Shown: one piece after another, positions 36,603 through 46,588 of the stretch | Position numbering within the stretch: position 1 is the first letter of the stretch | Layout: every line of letters begins with the position of its first letter | NCBI GenBank assembly: GCA_045576615.1 | Contig: JAZNGU010000055.1 | Location: 1,415-65,414, forward strand | Source: Acutalibacteraceae bacterium | GTDB taxonomy: Bacteria > Bacillota > Clostridia > Oscillospirales > Acutalibacteraceae | DNA: 64,000 bases | Direction of reading: 5' to 3' | Made by a program: the position numbers and the translations under genes | The notes under the pieces: model-generated | What the model saw: the letters and a program-made list of their open reading frames with translations, nothing else | What the model was told of the DNA's origin: nothing | Database searches by the model: none

Positions 36603-38342
36603 ATGGCTTTAGATGGTATTTATTTGAACTTTCTGGTGTCAGAGGTAAATGAACTTCTGGCAGGGGCAAAGGTTGATAAAATTCACCAACCAACCAAAAA
36701 TGAGTTGGTTTTCATAATGCGAACAAGGGGCGGTATGCATAAGCTGTACTTTTCGGCAGATGCAAACAGCCCTCGTTTTGCTGTGGTGAATTCGGTGCCT
36801 GAAAACCCACAGACCCCACCAATGCTTTGTATGCTTTTCAGAAAGCGTCTTGTTGGTGCAACTCTTTTAAGTGTTGAGCAGTATGGTCTTGACAGAATTG
36901 CATTTTTCAATTTTGATGCAACCAATGAAATTGGTGACAGAGTAAAGCTTACTCTTGCAGTTGAAATAATGGCACAACACAGTAATGTTATTCTCTTTGA
37001 TGGCGAAAACAGAATTGTTGATGCTTTAAGACGTGTTGACAGTGAGAAATCTTCTTATCGTCTTGTTTTACCGGGCGCACAGTATAAATTACCACCACCG
37101 CAGGAGAAACTTGATATAAGAAATGTTGAACCCCGGGAAATTTGCCAAGGTGTTTTTTCGCTTCGCAATTCTAAACTTTCTTCAGCAATTCTTAAAACAA
37201 TGCAAGGTGTTTCTCCGCTTTTATCAAGAGAAATTGCTTACAGAGTTTGCGGTGATGATAAAGGTGTTGGGGAGCTTTCAACGGAAGAAAAAATGGCGCT
37301 TCTTTGTGAAATCAGTTCTCTTAAAACAATGGTTATAAGTGGCGAAGCAAAGCCCACAATGATTCTTGATGAATCAGAAAAACCAATGGAATTTTCCTTT
37401 ATGCCTATAACACAGTATGGTGGAGAGTATAAGGTTATTAAGAAAACAGATGTGTTTTCTCTTTTAGAAGGCTTTTATTCCGAGCGTGACAGAGTTCTGC
37501 GCACCCGCTCAAAAGGTGCAGAACTTTTCAAACTTCTTGATAATGCAATTGAAAGAACTTCTCGTAAACTTAATAATCAGCAAGAGGATTTGCGCAAATG
37601 TGCTGATAGAGAAGATTTGAGAATAAAAGCGGAATTAATAACAGCAGTTCAATATAAGTTGGAAAAAGGTGCAAGTGTTTACGAGGTTGAAAACTATTAC
37701 GATAACAATAATATCGTGAAAATATCAGTTGATCCAGCACTTTCACCCTCACAGAATTCTCAAAAGCTTTATAAGGAATACAGAAAAGCCTGTACTGCGG
37801 AAAATATGCTCATAAAACTCATTGAAGAGGGTGAGCAGGATTTAGAATACCTTAAAAGCGTTAAAGATTTGCTTGAACGTTCAACCCTTGAAAGAGAGTT
37901 TTCTGAAATTAAGGATGAGCTTATTTCCCAAGGCTTTGTGAAACCTAAAAAATCAGGCAAAAAACAAGTGAAAAAACAAGCACTTCCGCCCCTTGAATTT
38001 AAAACAAGTCAGGGTCTTACAGTGCTTGTAGGCAGAAATAATATTCAAAATGATAAGCTTACCTTTAAGGTAGGTAAAAAAGGCGATATGTGGCTTCACG
38101 CACAAAAATGCCCCGGTTCCCACGTTCTTCTTTTAAGTGATGGGGGAGAGATACCTGATGATGCAATTGTGGAAGCTGCAGAAATTGCTGCATATTATAG
38201 CTCTGCTAAAGACGGAACGGTTGTAACAGTTGATTATACGGATGTAAAAAACATAAAAAAGCCAAATGGCGCAAAGCCGGGTTTCGTAGTTTACTATACG
38301 TATTATTCTGTTAATGTAAAACCGAAAGATTACGAAATTTAA
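36603..38342 (+). CDS. rqcH: Ribosome quality-control factor RqcH (NFACT / FbpA family)
   Basis: 579 aa. N-terminal NFACT-N (MALDGIYL...KIHQP...), coiled-coil middle, C-terminal NFACT-R (DMWLHAQKCPGSHVLL). Confidence 0.9.
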   Translation: MALDGIYLNFLVSEVNELLAGAKVDKIHQPTKNELVFIMRTRGGMHKLYFSADANSPRFAVVNSVPENPQTPPMLCMLFRKRLVGATLLSVEQYGLDRIAFFNFDATNEIGDRVKLTLAVEIMAQHSNVILFDGENRIVDALRRVDSEKSSYRLVLPGAQYKLPPPQEKLDIRNVEPREICQGVFSLRNSKLSSAILKTMQGVSPLLSREIAYRVCGDDKGVGELSTEEKMALLCEISSLKTMVISGEAKPTMILDESEKPMEFSFMPITQYGGEYKVIKKTDVFSLLEGFYSERDRVLRTRSKGAELFKLLDNAIERTSRKLNNQQEDLRKCADREDLRIKAELITAVQYKLEKGASVYEVENYYDNNNIVKISVDPALSPSQNSQKLYKEYRKACTAENMLIKLIEEGEQDLEYLKSVKDLLERSTLEREFSEIKDELISQGFVKPKKSGKKQVKKQALPPLEFKTSQGLTVLVGRNNIQNDKLTFKVGKKGDMWLHAQKCPGSHVLLLSDGGEIPDDAIVEAAEIAAYYSSAKDGTVVTVDYTDVKNIKKPNGAKPGFVVYYTYYSVNVKPKDYEI

Positions 38343-38358
38343 CAAAATAGAGATAATG

Positions 38359-38387
38359 TTGACATCAGTCTAATCTATTGGTAAAAT
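38359..38387 (+). promoter_or_regulatory. Sigma-A-type promoter upstream of the FN3-array gene
   Basis: TTGACA (38359..38364), 17 nt, TAAAAT (38382..38387). Confidence 0.55.
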
Positions 38388-38403
38388 GATATTGACGGAT
38401 GTG

Positions 38404-38439
38404 AAAAAGTTCCGTCGTGTGCGGAACTTTTTGTTTTTT
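38404..38439 (+). terminator. Intrinsic terminator between the promoter above and the RBS of the FN3-array gene (leader attenuator, or the rqcH terminator)
   Basis: AAAAAGTTCCG-tcgtgtg-CGGAACTTTTT followed by GTTTTTT. The RBS AAAGGAGG starts 2 nt later. Confidence 0.7.
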
Positions 38440-38455
38440 CAAAGGAGGCAATATT

Positions 38456-41400
38456 ATGAAAAAAATATGTAAATCTGTTCTGTCATTTATGCTTGTTTTA
38501 GTAGTGGTTTTTGGCCTTGTGACGCCAATTGTTCCAAGTGTTTTGGCTTCAGAATTCTCTAATTTTTATACTGATAGTGATATGTGGTTAGTTGATAGTA
38601 ACACACATAAAACAGCCTCAACTATTTATCTTTACGGAAAGGCAGATTATATCTGTTTGAAATTAAAACAAACAGATAAATATAACGATATTTTTTGTTT
38701 TACACTTTATTCTAATTCAAAACGAACTAAAGAAGTTTTAAACTATTCTACCGAATACAGTAAAGTTGGAAAAAAATATATAACGTTCCCTATTGCTTTT
38801 GATGACTTGAAAAGTGGTACGTATTATGCTGAGACCTATGTATACAAAAGATGTAGGCGTCGTCCTTCAGGTGTTTGGTTACCTGACTCGTATGAGCCTC
38901 GTGAGGTCGATGAAGGAACCAGAAGAACCTATAAAATTAAAATTGTTAAAAAAGGCACTAATATTGATGAAATGAATACTGTTATGTATGGATTTGAGAA
39001 CACCGAAAAAGGTCCTAAAATCTATTGGTATTCAGTTCCTGGTGCAAAGGGGTATTATATTTATAGGAAAAATCCAAAAACTAAAAAATACGAGAAAATC
39101 AAAACTGTTAAAAATAGCGGTAAGAAATTTAAAAGTTATACGGACAAAACATATAAAGGGAAAAATGCTACAAGATATTATAAAGTTGTAGCATACAAAG
39201 GTTCTTCAAAAACATCTGCTTCGCTTATTTCTTTAAAAGTTAAATCGCTAAAAACACCTACTGTGAAAACTGAAATGATGTCGGATAATCGTATAAAAAT
39301 CAGTTGGTCAAAGGTATCAAAAAATGCTAAATATACAGTTTATTCAAGGCGTAATGATAGCGATGTTTGGGAAAAGGTTGCAACCGTTAATGGTAAATTA
39401 AATTATGTTACCAGTGACCAAAAATATTATAATAATAAAACATATTGTTTTACAGTTGTTGCGAATGTTGGGAGTGTGGATTCGGGTTATAATAAAAAAG
39501 GCGTTGCACTTCACTATCTTGAGTACCCAGAATTGAAACCTTGTACTTATCCTGAAAACGGTGGGATTACATTGAATTGGAAACCTGTTGTTGGTGCTGA
39601 TAGTTACAAGATTTATAGAAAACAAAAAACAAATGAAGAATGGTTGGAAGTTGGTGTAGTTAAAGGAAATTTAAACACGCAATATACAGATTTAACAGCC
39701 AATGATAAGGATTTTTACTATTACAACGTAAGAAGTGTGAGAAATGGTGTTAATGGTTCTATCGATAAAGATGGAGTAAGTGCAACAATTCTTCGCCAAC
39801 CTGAGTTGCTTGATATAAAGGATGTTGATGGTCAAAAAATTAAAATTTCTTGGAATAAGATTCCAAATAATTGCGAATATACTGTAATGAAGAAAACAAC
39901 CTCCGGTTGGAAGGAAGTTGCCAGTACGAAAGATAACTACTATGTATATGACATGAATTCTACAATTTCTACTGAAACATTCACCGTAAAAGCTGTTCGC
40001 AATCAGTTTACAAGTGATTTTGATAAAAATGGGCTTACATATTCTTTGTATCCACGAGTTGTAGTTTCAAATTTAGAAGTTTCTGAAGCAGGTGCTAAAC
40101 TTCAGTGGAAAAAACCCACCAATGCAGGACAAAGTGTGATATATAAAAAAATTGGCGATGGAAAATTTGTTCTTTTTGCAGAAACCGATGATGTTACTAT
40201 AGTTGATGATTCTGTAGAGATTGGTGTTAATTATACATATAGAATAGCATATAAATACAACAACGAGATTATTGAAAATGCTGCGGTTGAACAACCCTTG
40301 ACTGTTAATACTGAAATTGTAGAATTAGAAGATTTAACGTATAACACAACTTTTAGTAATGGTTATAAATCGTTTACAACCAAGATTAAAAATTATGATG
40401 CAGAATCAATTTACCAAGTATACAGAAAAACTGAAACAGGATGGATTAAGGTTGGCTCAACAGTAACACCCAAAGGTGAAATTACGGTAAAAAGCCAAAG
40501 TTTTGATAATGTTGAAAGTTTCGAAATTGCGAGAATTACACCACAAGGTGACTGCACAATAATTACTGAACCTACTTTTACTGTTGGGTTTGTTTCAGAT
40601 TATATACCATCAACATTAGTAACTGCAACTGTTGAAAAAGAATATCCTACAATAAGGTGGAGTGCTGATTCAACAAAAGCGGCTGACAAAATTCATATAT
40701 ACAGAAAAGCGCTCGCATCAAATAATGGGTATCAACTTGCCGGAATAGTTTCCGCTACACAAAATTTATTTGTTGATAAATCTGCAAAACCAAATTGTTT
40801 TTATGATTATCAACTGCGTGTAGAAAAAGATTGTTTTGTTAGCTATGGCGGTCCAAAGGCTCAAGTTAATTTTATGGGGAAACCCCAAATTAATTTTCAA
40901 AATGAAAACGGAAATGTTTGTTTGTCTTGGAATGGGATTTCCGGTGCAAAAAAATATGAGGTTTATAGGAAATTACCAAACGATGATAAATGGGGTGTGT
41001 TGACTACAACTGATGTAACATACTATAGGGATAAAACTGCCCAAAAGTTTGTTGGGTATCAATATATGGTAAAAGCAATTGATGCCAATGGGAATGAAAG
41101 CCCTTGTGGTATTTCCGATGTATGGAAATATGTTCCGTTAGTTACAGACTTTAAAGCTAAAAATAAGTCTAAAACAAATAAATTGACATGGAAAGCAGTT
41201 TCAGGTGCAGATGGTTACATCATAACATACAAAGATTATTCAGTATCCAAACGTAAGTGGAGCGCTGAAAGCCAACCTATAAAAATTTTAGGAGGAAGCA
41301 AAACCAGTTATACTGATAAAACAATATCCGCAAATGTTGTGAGAGAGTATTTGATATGTGCGTATTATGATGACTATAAAGGTATGGTTACAGGATATGA

Positions 41401-41698
41401 AGGTGCAGGATATCTTTCTAAGCAACCCAAAATCAAATCTCTATCTTCCACTAAAAAAGGTGTGAAAATAAAAATTGGCAAAGTATCAAATATTGAAGAA
41501 TATGTGGTGTACAAAAAGGGACCCAAAGATAAAAAATGGAAGAAACTAAAAACTACATATTCAAGAACCATAACTGATAAGAATGTTAAGGCAGGTAAGA
41601 AATATTCTTACACTGTAAAGTCAAGATGTAATAGTACCGGCTCACCCATTTATTCAACATATAAAAAAAGCGGCTGGTCGATAACTTACAAACCATGA
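38456..41698 (+). CDS. Large secreted protein of about 10 divergent FN3-like modules
   Basis: Start ATG 38456, behind AAAGGAGG. Signal peptide MKKICKSVLSFMLVLVVVFGLVTPIVPSVLA. A recurrent module of about 90 aa has the pattern (I/L).W..V.GA..Y.(I/V)YRK....W..(V/L). No LPxTG, dockerin or S-layer-homology signal seen. Confidence 0.85.
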   Translation: MKKICKSVLSFMLVLVVVFGLVTPIVPSVLASEFSNFYTDSDMWLVDSNTHKTASTIYLYGKADYICLKLKQTDKYNDIFCFTLYSNSKRTKEVLNYSTEYSKVGKKYITFPIAFDDLKSGTYYAETYVYKRCRRRPSGVWLPDSYEPREVDEGTRRTYKIKIVKKGTNIDEMNTVMYGFENTEKGPKIYWYSVPGAKGYYIYRKNPKTKKYEKIKTVKNSGKKFKSYTDKTYKGKNATRYYKVVAYKGSSKTSASLISLKVKSLKTPTVKTEMMSDNRIKISWSKVSKNAKYTVYSRRNDSDVWEKVATVNGKLNYVTSDQKYYNNKTYCFTVVANVGSVDSGYNKKGVALHYLEYPELKPCTYPENGGITLNWKPVVGADSYKIYRKQKTNEEWLEVGVVKGNLNTQYTDLTANDKDFYYYNVRSVRNGVNGSIDKDGVSATILRQPELLDIKDVDGQKIKISWNKIPNNCEYTVMKKTTSGWKEVASTKDNYYVYDMNSTISTETFTVKAVRNQFTSDFDKNGLTYSLYPRVVVSNLEVSEAGAKLQWKKPTNAGQSVIYKKIGDGKFVLFAETDDVTIVDDSVEIGVNYTYRIAYKYNNEIIENAAVEQPLTVNTEIVELEDLTYNTTFSNGYKSFTTKIKNYDAESIYQVYRKTETGWIKVGSTVTPKGEITVKSQSFDNVESFEIARITPQGDCTIITEPTFTVGFVSDYIPSTLVTATVEKEYPTIRWSADSTKAADKIHIYRKALASNNGYQLAGIVSATQNLFVDKSAKPNCFYDYQLRVEKDCFVSYGGPKAQVNFMGKPQINFQNENGNVCLSWNGISGAKKYEVYRKLPNDDKWGVLTTTDVTYYRDKTAQKFVGYQYMVKAIDANGNESPCGISDVWKYVPLVTDFKAKNKSKTNKLTWKAVSGADGYIITYKDYSVSKRKWSAESQPIKILGGSKTSYTDKTISANVVREYLICAYYDDYKGMVTGYEGAGYLSKQPKIKSLSSTKKGVKIKIGKVSNIEEYVVYKKGPKDKKWKKLKTTYSRTITDKNVKAGKKYSYTVKSRCNSTGSPIYSTYKKSGWSITYKP

Positions 41699-41700
41699 GA

Positions 41701-41730
41701 AAAAACAACGCCTGAAAAGGCGTTGTTTTT
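41701..41730. terminator. Bidirectional terminator
   Basis: AAAAACAACGCC-tgaaaa-GGCGTTGTTTTT. Confidence 0.85.
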
Positions 41731-41741
41731 GCTTTGTCTCT

Positions 41742-43919
41742 TTATTCTTCAGTTAAATGAATAAGATAAGAAATTCCATCACCTTTAGGTCTATGAGTGA
41801 GATTAAGACCTGCGTTCATAAGGAAAGCGCCGCTATAGGTTTCACCTGTGTCTTCAACTTCATAAAGTTTTTCAGGGTCAAGACCTTTTAACTTCAAGAT
41901 GAATAAATCATCATAGGGGAGTTTAATGTGAACAACAGTAACAAGGGCTTCTTTTTTGTCTTCACTTACAAATTCCCAGGCTACCTTAAATTCATTTTCA
42001 AAGGGTGTTATAAGTCTGTAAAGCTCGCCATAGTGAATAACATCATAATACTTGTGGTATTCTTTAACCTGCTCTTTAATTTCTGTCTTTTCTTCTTCTG
42101 TCAATTTATCGGGGTCAAGCTCATAACCAAATGAACCCCAAAGAGCAACATTCTTTTTGGTTTCATAATTTGCTCTTCTGCTTGCGGAAACGTGAGCTCC
42201 CATAGTGGATGCGGGATAACAAAGAGATGTGCCGAATTGAATTGTAAGTCTTTCAATTGGGTCAGTATTGTCACTTGTCCATATCTGAGGTGAATAGTAA
42301 AGCATACCGGGATCAAAGCGTCCGCCACCACCGGAGCAGTTTTCTAAAAGTAAATCAGGGAAGTCTTTTGTGAGTCTGCCCATAATCTCGTAGGTGCCGA
42401 GAACAAAGCGGTGGAATACTTCGCCCTGTCTTTCGGCAGGAAGTTCTGCACAGGAAACTTCTGTAAGGTTTCTGTTGAAATCCCATTTGAGATAAGCAAT
42501 GTTGTTTTCGGAAAGAATTTTATGCATCATTGAATAAATATGGTCACGCACTTCTTTCCTTGAAAAGTCAATAACATACTGTGTACGGGCGATAGATTTA
42601 TCTCTGCCTTCTGTGTGTAAGCACCAGTCGGGGTGGGCTCTGTATATTTCTGAATCGGGTGAAATCATTTCAGGTTCGAACCAGATACCAAATTTAAGCC
42701 CTAAATCATTAACCTCTTTAATAAGTCCTGAAAGACCATGTTTGAGTTTGTATTCTGCAACAAACCAGTCACCGAGAGAGGATTTGTCATCATCACGTTT
42801 GCCGAACCAACCATCATCCATAACAAGCATTTCAATGCCCATATCTTTTGCGTGACGGGCAAAGGAAACCAGCTTATCGTGGTCGAAGTTCATTCCTGTT
42901 CCTTCCCAGTTGTTTATAAGAAGAGGACGTTTTGCTTTTTTCCATTTACCACGAACAAGATTATTAGCATAAAGTCTGTGGAACATACGACTCATTTCGC
43001 CGATACCCTTGTTGGTGTAAATCATAACTGCTTCGGGAGAATAAAATTCTTCACCGGGATTAAGGAGCCAGCTGAAGCCTTCGGGATTGATACCCATAAC
43101 AAGACGGGATGAAGCAAATCCGTCAACCTCAACATCAATGGAGAAATTACTGCTATATACAAGGTTAAAGCCGTAGCAATCGCCGTAATCTTCGGTAGCG
43201 TTTTTGCTAACAAGTGCGGTAAAGGGATTGTGGTTGTGGCTTGAAGAACCACGTTTGCTCTTTATTGACTGAATACCTCTGTGTAATGGGTATCTGTCTA
43301 GAGCCCTTTCTTTTACCCATCTGCCGTAAAGTCCAAGCATATCGTAGTCGTAACCGGGCAAATCAACACAAAGAGAATGGATTGTGTCAATGTAGAAAGG
43401 TTTGTCTGTGGGGTTTTCAACCTTGACGCTTCGTGTGATTGCGCCTTTTTTCTCAAAAACCGTGTATATAAGTGTAGTTTTTACACCTGTTACCTTATCT
43501 TCTGTAAGGATTTCAAGAGTTTGAACTTCATTTTCTTCGTCTGCATAAAGAGAGGGGAGACCGGGCAAGTCTTTTTTGCCGTTAAAAATTTCGTGGCTTA
43601 CATATCTTAAATCTGTAACTTTGTTGCCGTTGCTGTTTTTTACTGCAAATGCAGAAAGGCGGAAATCACCTGCACCGAAAGTGGAATATTCCATGGGTGT
43701 TACATCGGGAGAAAAGTTGAAAACTCTTGCAGAGGGACTGTCGGGACAGAAGGATGCAAAACCGGGCCTTATCCGGAGTGCTTCAACATCAGTATCAGGA
43801 ATAGGTGCACCATAATAATAATGCACAAGGTAATTGCCTTCAAAGATTCCGAAAATATATGTTGAACTATATGTATCAAGCTTAAAAGTTTTTGATTCTT
43901 TGCTGAAATTAATTGCCAT
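41742..43919 (-). CDS. GH36 alpha-galactosidase
   Basis: 725 aa. NSWE-like NNWEGT, DDGWFGKRDDD, KWDFNR and CSGGGGRFD motifs of GH36 melibiases. Confidence 0.92.
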   Translation of the reverse strand: MAINFSKESKTFKLDTYSSTYIFGIFEGNYLVHYYYGAPIPDTDVEALRIRPGFASFCPDSPSARVFNFSPDVTPMEYSTFGAGDFRLSAFAVKNSNGNKVTDLRYVSHEIFNGKKDLPGLPSLYADEENEVQTLEILTEDKVTGVKTTLIYTVFEKKGAITRSVKVENPTDKPFYIDTIHSLCVDLPGYDYDMLGLYGRWVKERALDRYPLHRGIQSIKSKRGSSSHNHNPFTALVSKNATEDYGDCYGFNLVYSSNFSIDVEVDGFASSRLVMGINPEGFSWLLNPGEEFYSPEAVMIYTNKGIGEMSRMFHRLYANNLVRGKWKKAKRPLLINNWEGTGMNFDHDKLVSFARHAKDMGIEMLVMDDGWFGKRDDDKSSLGDWFVAEYKLKHGLSGLIKEVNDLGLKFGIWFEPEMISPDSEIYRAHPDWCLHTEGRDKSIARTQYVIDFSRKEVRDHIYSMMHKILSENNIAYLKWDFNRNLTEVSCAELPAERQGEVFHRFVLGTYEIMGRLTKDFPDLLLENCSGGGGRFDPGMLYYSPQIWTSDNTDPIERLTIQFGTSLCYPASTMGAHVSASRRANYETKKNVALWGSFGYELDPDKLTEEEKTEIKEQVKEYHKYYDVIHYGELYRLITPFENEFKVAWEFVSEDKKEALVTVVHIKLPYDDLFILKLKGLDPEKLYEVEDTGETYSGAFLMNAGLNLTHRPKGDGISYLIHLTEE

Positions 43920-43930
43920 TTTAAATCACC

Positions 43931-44374
43931 TTATTTTTCCTTAATGTTATATGCGCTGATGCCTTGAATAACAAAGTTGTCATTGCCGATATCGGTGTTA
44001 ACAATTTGAATTTTAATAGCAGTCGCGGTTGTTTCTTCAACGGGAATGTTTTCGTTTAAAATGAGTTTGCCTGTGTGAATGAGCTTAAAGCTTCCGTCAA
44101 CCTCGGCAAAAATATTGAACTGCCTTACTGTTGTGGACTTTTCATTAATGAAGACAGTATTGAAAGTCTGCTCTTCAGAAAATCTGAATTCTATGTAGTC
44201 GCCTTGTTTGCCTTGGAATGCCCCCATAGCTGCTTCTACTGTGTTAACCTCTTTACCGGTTATAAGAACACTTTCTGCAGTGTTGACAACATCCACAATT
44301 TTTTCACCGCCACAAGATGAGAAAAGAGATAATATAAGGATAATACCTACGATTGAAAATAAAAGTTTTTTCAT
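43931..44374 (-). CDS. Small lipoprotein with a discoidin/galactose-binding-like beta-sandwich
   Basis: 147 aa. Lipobox LFSSC. The remainder is beta-rich. The domain assignment is tentative. Confidence 0.6.
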   Translation of the reverse strand: MKKLLFSIVGIILILSLFSSCGGEKIVDVVNTAESVLITGKEVNTVEAAMGAFQGKQGDYIEFRFSEEQTFNTVFINEKSTTVRQFNIFAEVDGSFKLIHTGKLILNENIPVEETTATAIKIQIVNTDIGNDNFVIQGISAYNIKEK

Positions 44375-44383
44375 ATATTCACC

Positions 44384-45508
44384 TTATTCCGCAAGTTCGG
44401 TAACCTTTCTTAATTGGCGGGGAATATCAATTCTTTGAGGGCATTTTTCAATACATGCTTTGCAGTCCAAACAATTATTCGCCCTCTGTTCTGTGTTAAT
44501 TAATTCATAATTTTTGGAAAAATCTGCTGTGTCTCTTGTTTTGTTATATTCATTATATGCTTTAAAACAAGCAGGAATGTTGATTCCTGCGGGGCAGGTT
44601 TCAACACAGTATTTGCAGTCGGTGCAAGGTATTGCAAAATTCTTTCTGAAAAGAATATTAGCTTTTTCAATTGCTTCTTTTTCAATGTCTGAAAGTGGTT
44701 TGCATTCGTCAAAGGTTTTAAGGTTGTCCGCAACCTGCTCATAGGTGGACATACCACTGAGTGTTACAAGAACATTGGGAAGTTCTGCAACATATCTTAA
44801 AGCATAAGAAGCAGCTGAATTATCCCCAAGCTCTTCAAAAACTTTTCTTGCTTCATTATTAAGCGTATGTAAAGAACCGCCGCGGACAGGTTCCATAACA
44901 ATACAAGGAATGTTTCTTTCTTCAAGCGCTTCGTAATATGCTTTTGCATTCTGGTTTTCCCAGTCGTAGTAGTTAATCTGAAGCTGAACAAAATCCCATT
45001 TGTATTTATCAATAAGTTTAAGGAAAAATTCAAGGCTTCCATGATAAGAAAAGCCTAAATGCCTGATTTTTCCCAGTTCTTTTTGTTTTGTGAGGTATTC
45101 GTATGAATTATCCTCTTCAAATACCCACATATTATCCTCACTTACGGCATGAAGAAGATAAAAATCAAAATAATCAACACCGCATTTTTTTAGTTGACCA
45201 TTAAAAATTTCTTCGGTGTTTTTTTCTTTATCTTTAATAACACCGCTAGGGAGCTTTGTTGCAAGGCAGAAGGATTCTCGGGGGTATTTGCTTAATGCTT
45301 CTTTAACAAATTGTTCTGAATCACCACCGTGATAAAAATAAGCGGTGTCATAGTAATTAACTCCTGAGTTCATTGCAAGGTCAATAAGTCTGAATGCTTC
45401 ATCTCTGTCGATATTTTCGCTGTTTTCTTCTTTTTTCGGCAATCTCATAAGACCAAAGCCAAGTTTTGAAATGCTTCTTCCGATAGAATCAAAATTACTG
45501 TATTGCAT
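44384..45508 (-). CDS. Aldo/keto reductase fused to a C-terminal 2x[4Fe-4S] ferredoxin-like domain
   Basis: AKR motifs (GFGLMRLP, YYDTAYFYHGG). The C-terminus has CTDCKYCVETCP and CLDCKACIEKCP cysteine clusters. Start set to ATG 45508. Confidence 0.85.
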   Translation of the reverse strand: MQYSNFDSIGRSISKLGFGLMRLPKKEENSENIDRDEAFRLIDLAMNSGVNYYDTAYFYHGGDSEQFVKEALSKYPRESFCLATKLPSGVIKDKEKNTEEIFNGQLKKCGVDYFDFYLLHAVSEDNMWVFEEDNSYEYLTKQKELGKIRHLGFSYHGSLEFFLKLIDKYKWDFVQLQINYYDWENQNAKAYYEALEERNIPCIVMEPVRGGSLHTLNNEARKVFEELGDNSAASYALRYVAELPNVLVTLSGMSTYEQVADNLKTFDECKPLSDIEKEAIEKANILFRKNFAIPCTDCKYCVETCPAGINIPACFKAYNEYNKTRDTADFSKNYELINTEQRANNCLDCKACIEKCPQRIDIPRQLRKVTELAE

Positions 45509-45576
45509 AATAACACATCCTATCAAGGTAGTATGGCATAATTATACAATACAGTAACGCTTTATTTCAAGTGAAT

Positions 45577-46497
45577 TTAGAAGAATGTTTCTATAATTTT
45601 TTCGGAAAGATAGGGTGAATAACGGAAATAATCAAGATGCCCCTCTTTAATAAAATAATCCGGCTTTTTCTTGGGGTAGTCTGCGTCAAAAGAGTCAACA
45701 ATGATTAATTTTACTTTCATTTTTTCAGGAATTATGCTTTTGATGTAAACGCTTGTTTGTTGTCCGTCAAAAACTGTGGGGGTATATTCCGCTAATCCTG
45801 CAAGGTTGGGTGTGAGTTCAACAAAAATCCCGTAGTTTTCAACGCTTCGGACAATACCGCTGACTGTTTCTCCCACATGGAATTTTTCTGCATTCTCTTC
45901 CCAAGTGCCTAAAAGTTCTTTGTGCGAGAGGGTTGCTCTGCCGTTTTCGTCAAAACTTTTTATGATTACCTTTATATCGTCCCCAACGTCAAATCTTACA
46001 TCGGGGTGAGGGATTCTTGAAACAGAAATATTATCAATGGGCAAAAGTGCATTTATACCGCAACCAATATCACAAAAAGCACCGAAACTTTCAAGGTGAG
46101 TTATTCTTGCAGTAATGATATCTCCCGCAAAAATATTTTTGTTTATTTGGTTTTGAAATTCTTCTTGTACCTTTTTTCTGCTTAAAAATGCAATTTTTTT
46201 GTCCTCTGACAGCTTGATATCGTCAATAACAAATCTTACGGGTTTGTTTACCCTTGCTATAATTGCAATGTCTCGTGTTACGCCTTCTTTAATGCCGATT
46301 GCACATTCTTCTCGGGGAATTATTCCGTGTATAAAGCCGAAATCAATATGTAAATTATGTTCTCTGTCACAATAAATTGTTCTTGCTTCAAGTTGCTTTT
46401 TGTCTGTGAATGCTTTATGAAAAGCCTCATAAGATGAAAGTGCGTGAATATTCTCTTTTGTGTTAATTAAAAAGCCTTCGGGGAGGTAGTTTATCAT
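45577..46497 (-). CDS. S1 RNA-binding domain protein
   Basis: 306 aa. Two to three S1-like OB repeats (GDIITARITHLESFGAFCDIG..., GETVSGIVRSVENYGIFVEL). Confidence 0.75.
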   Translation of the reverse strand: MINYLPEGFLINTKENIHALSSYEAFHKAFTDKKQLEARTIYCDREHNLHIDFGFIHGIIPREECAIGIKEGVTRDIAIIARVNKPVRFVIDDIKLSEDKKIAFLSRKKVQEEFQNQINKNIFAGDIITARITHLESFGAFCDIGCGINALLPIDNISVSRIPHPDVRFDVGDDIKVIIKSFDENGRATLSHKELLGTWEENAEKFHVGETVSGIVRSVENYGIFVELTPNLAGLAEYTPTVFDGQQTSVYIKSIIPEKMKVKLIIVDSFDADYPKKKPDYFIKEGHLDYFRYSPYLSEKIIETFF

Positions 46498-46544
46498 TTT
46501 ATTATCACCTGATTCATTTATTTTTATTTTTCTTTAACCTACTC

Positions 46545-46573
46545 TTTAATTTTATGTAAAAGTGTGTTACAAT
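46545..46573 (+). promoter_or_regulatory. Extended -10 promoter upstream of the structured element and the DUF951-prfA genes
   Basis: TGTTACAAT (46565..46573) is a TGnTAnAAT extended -10. The -35 is weak (TTTAAT). Confidence 0.45.
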
Positions 46574-46588
46574 ATTTCAGAAAAATTT

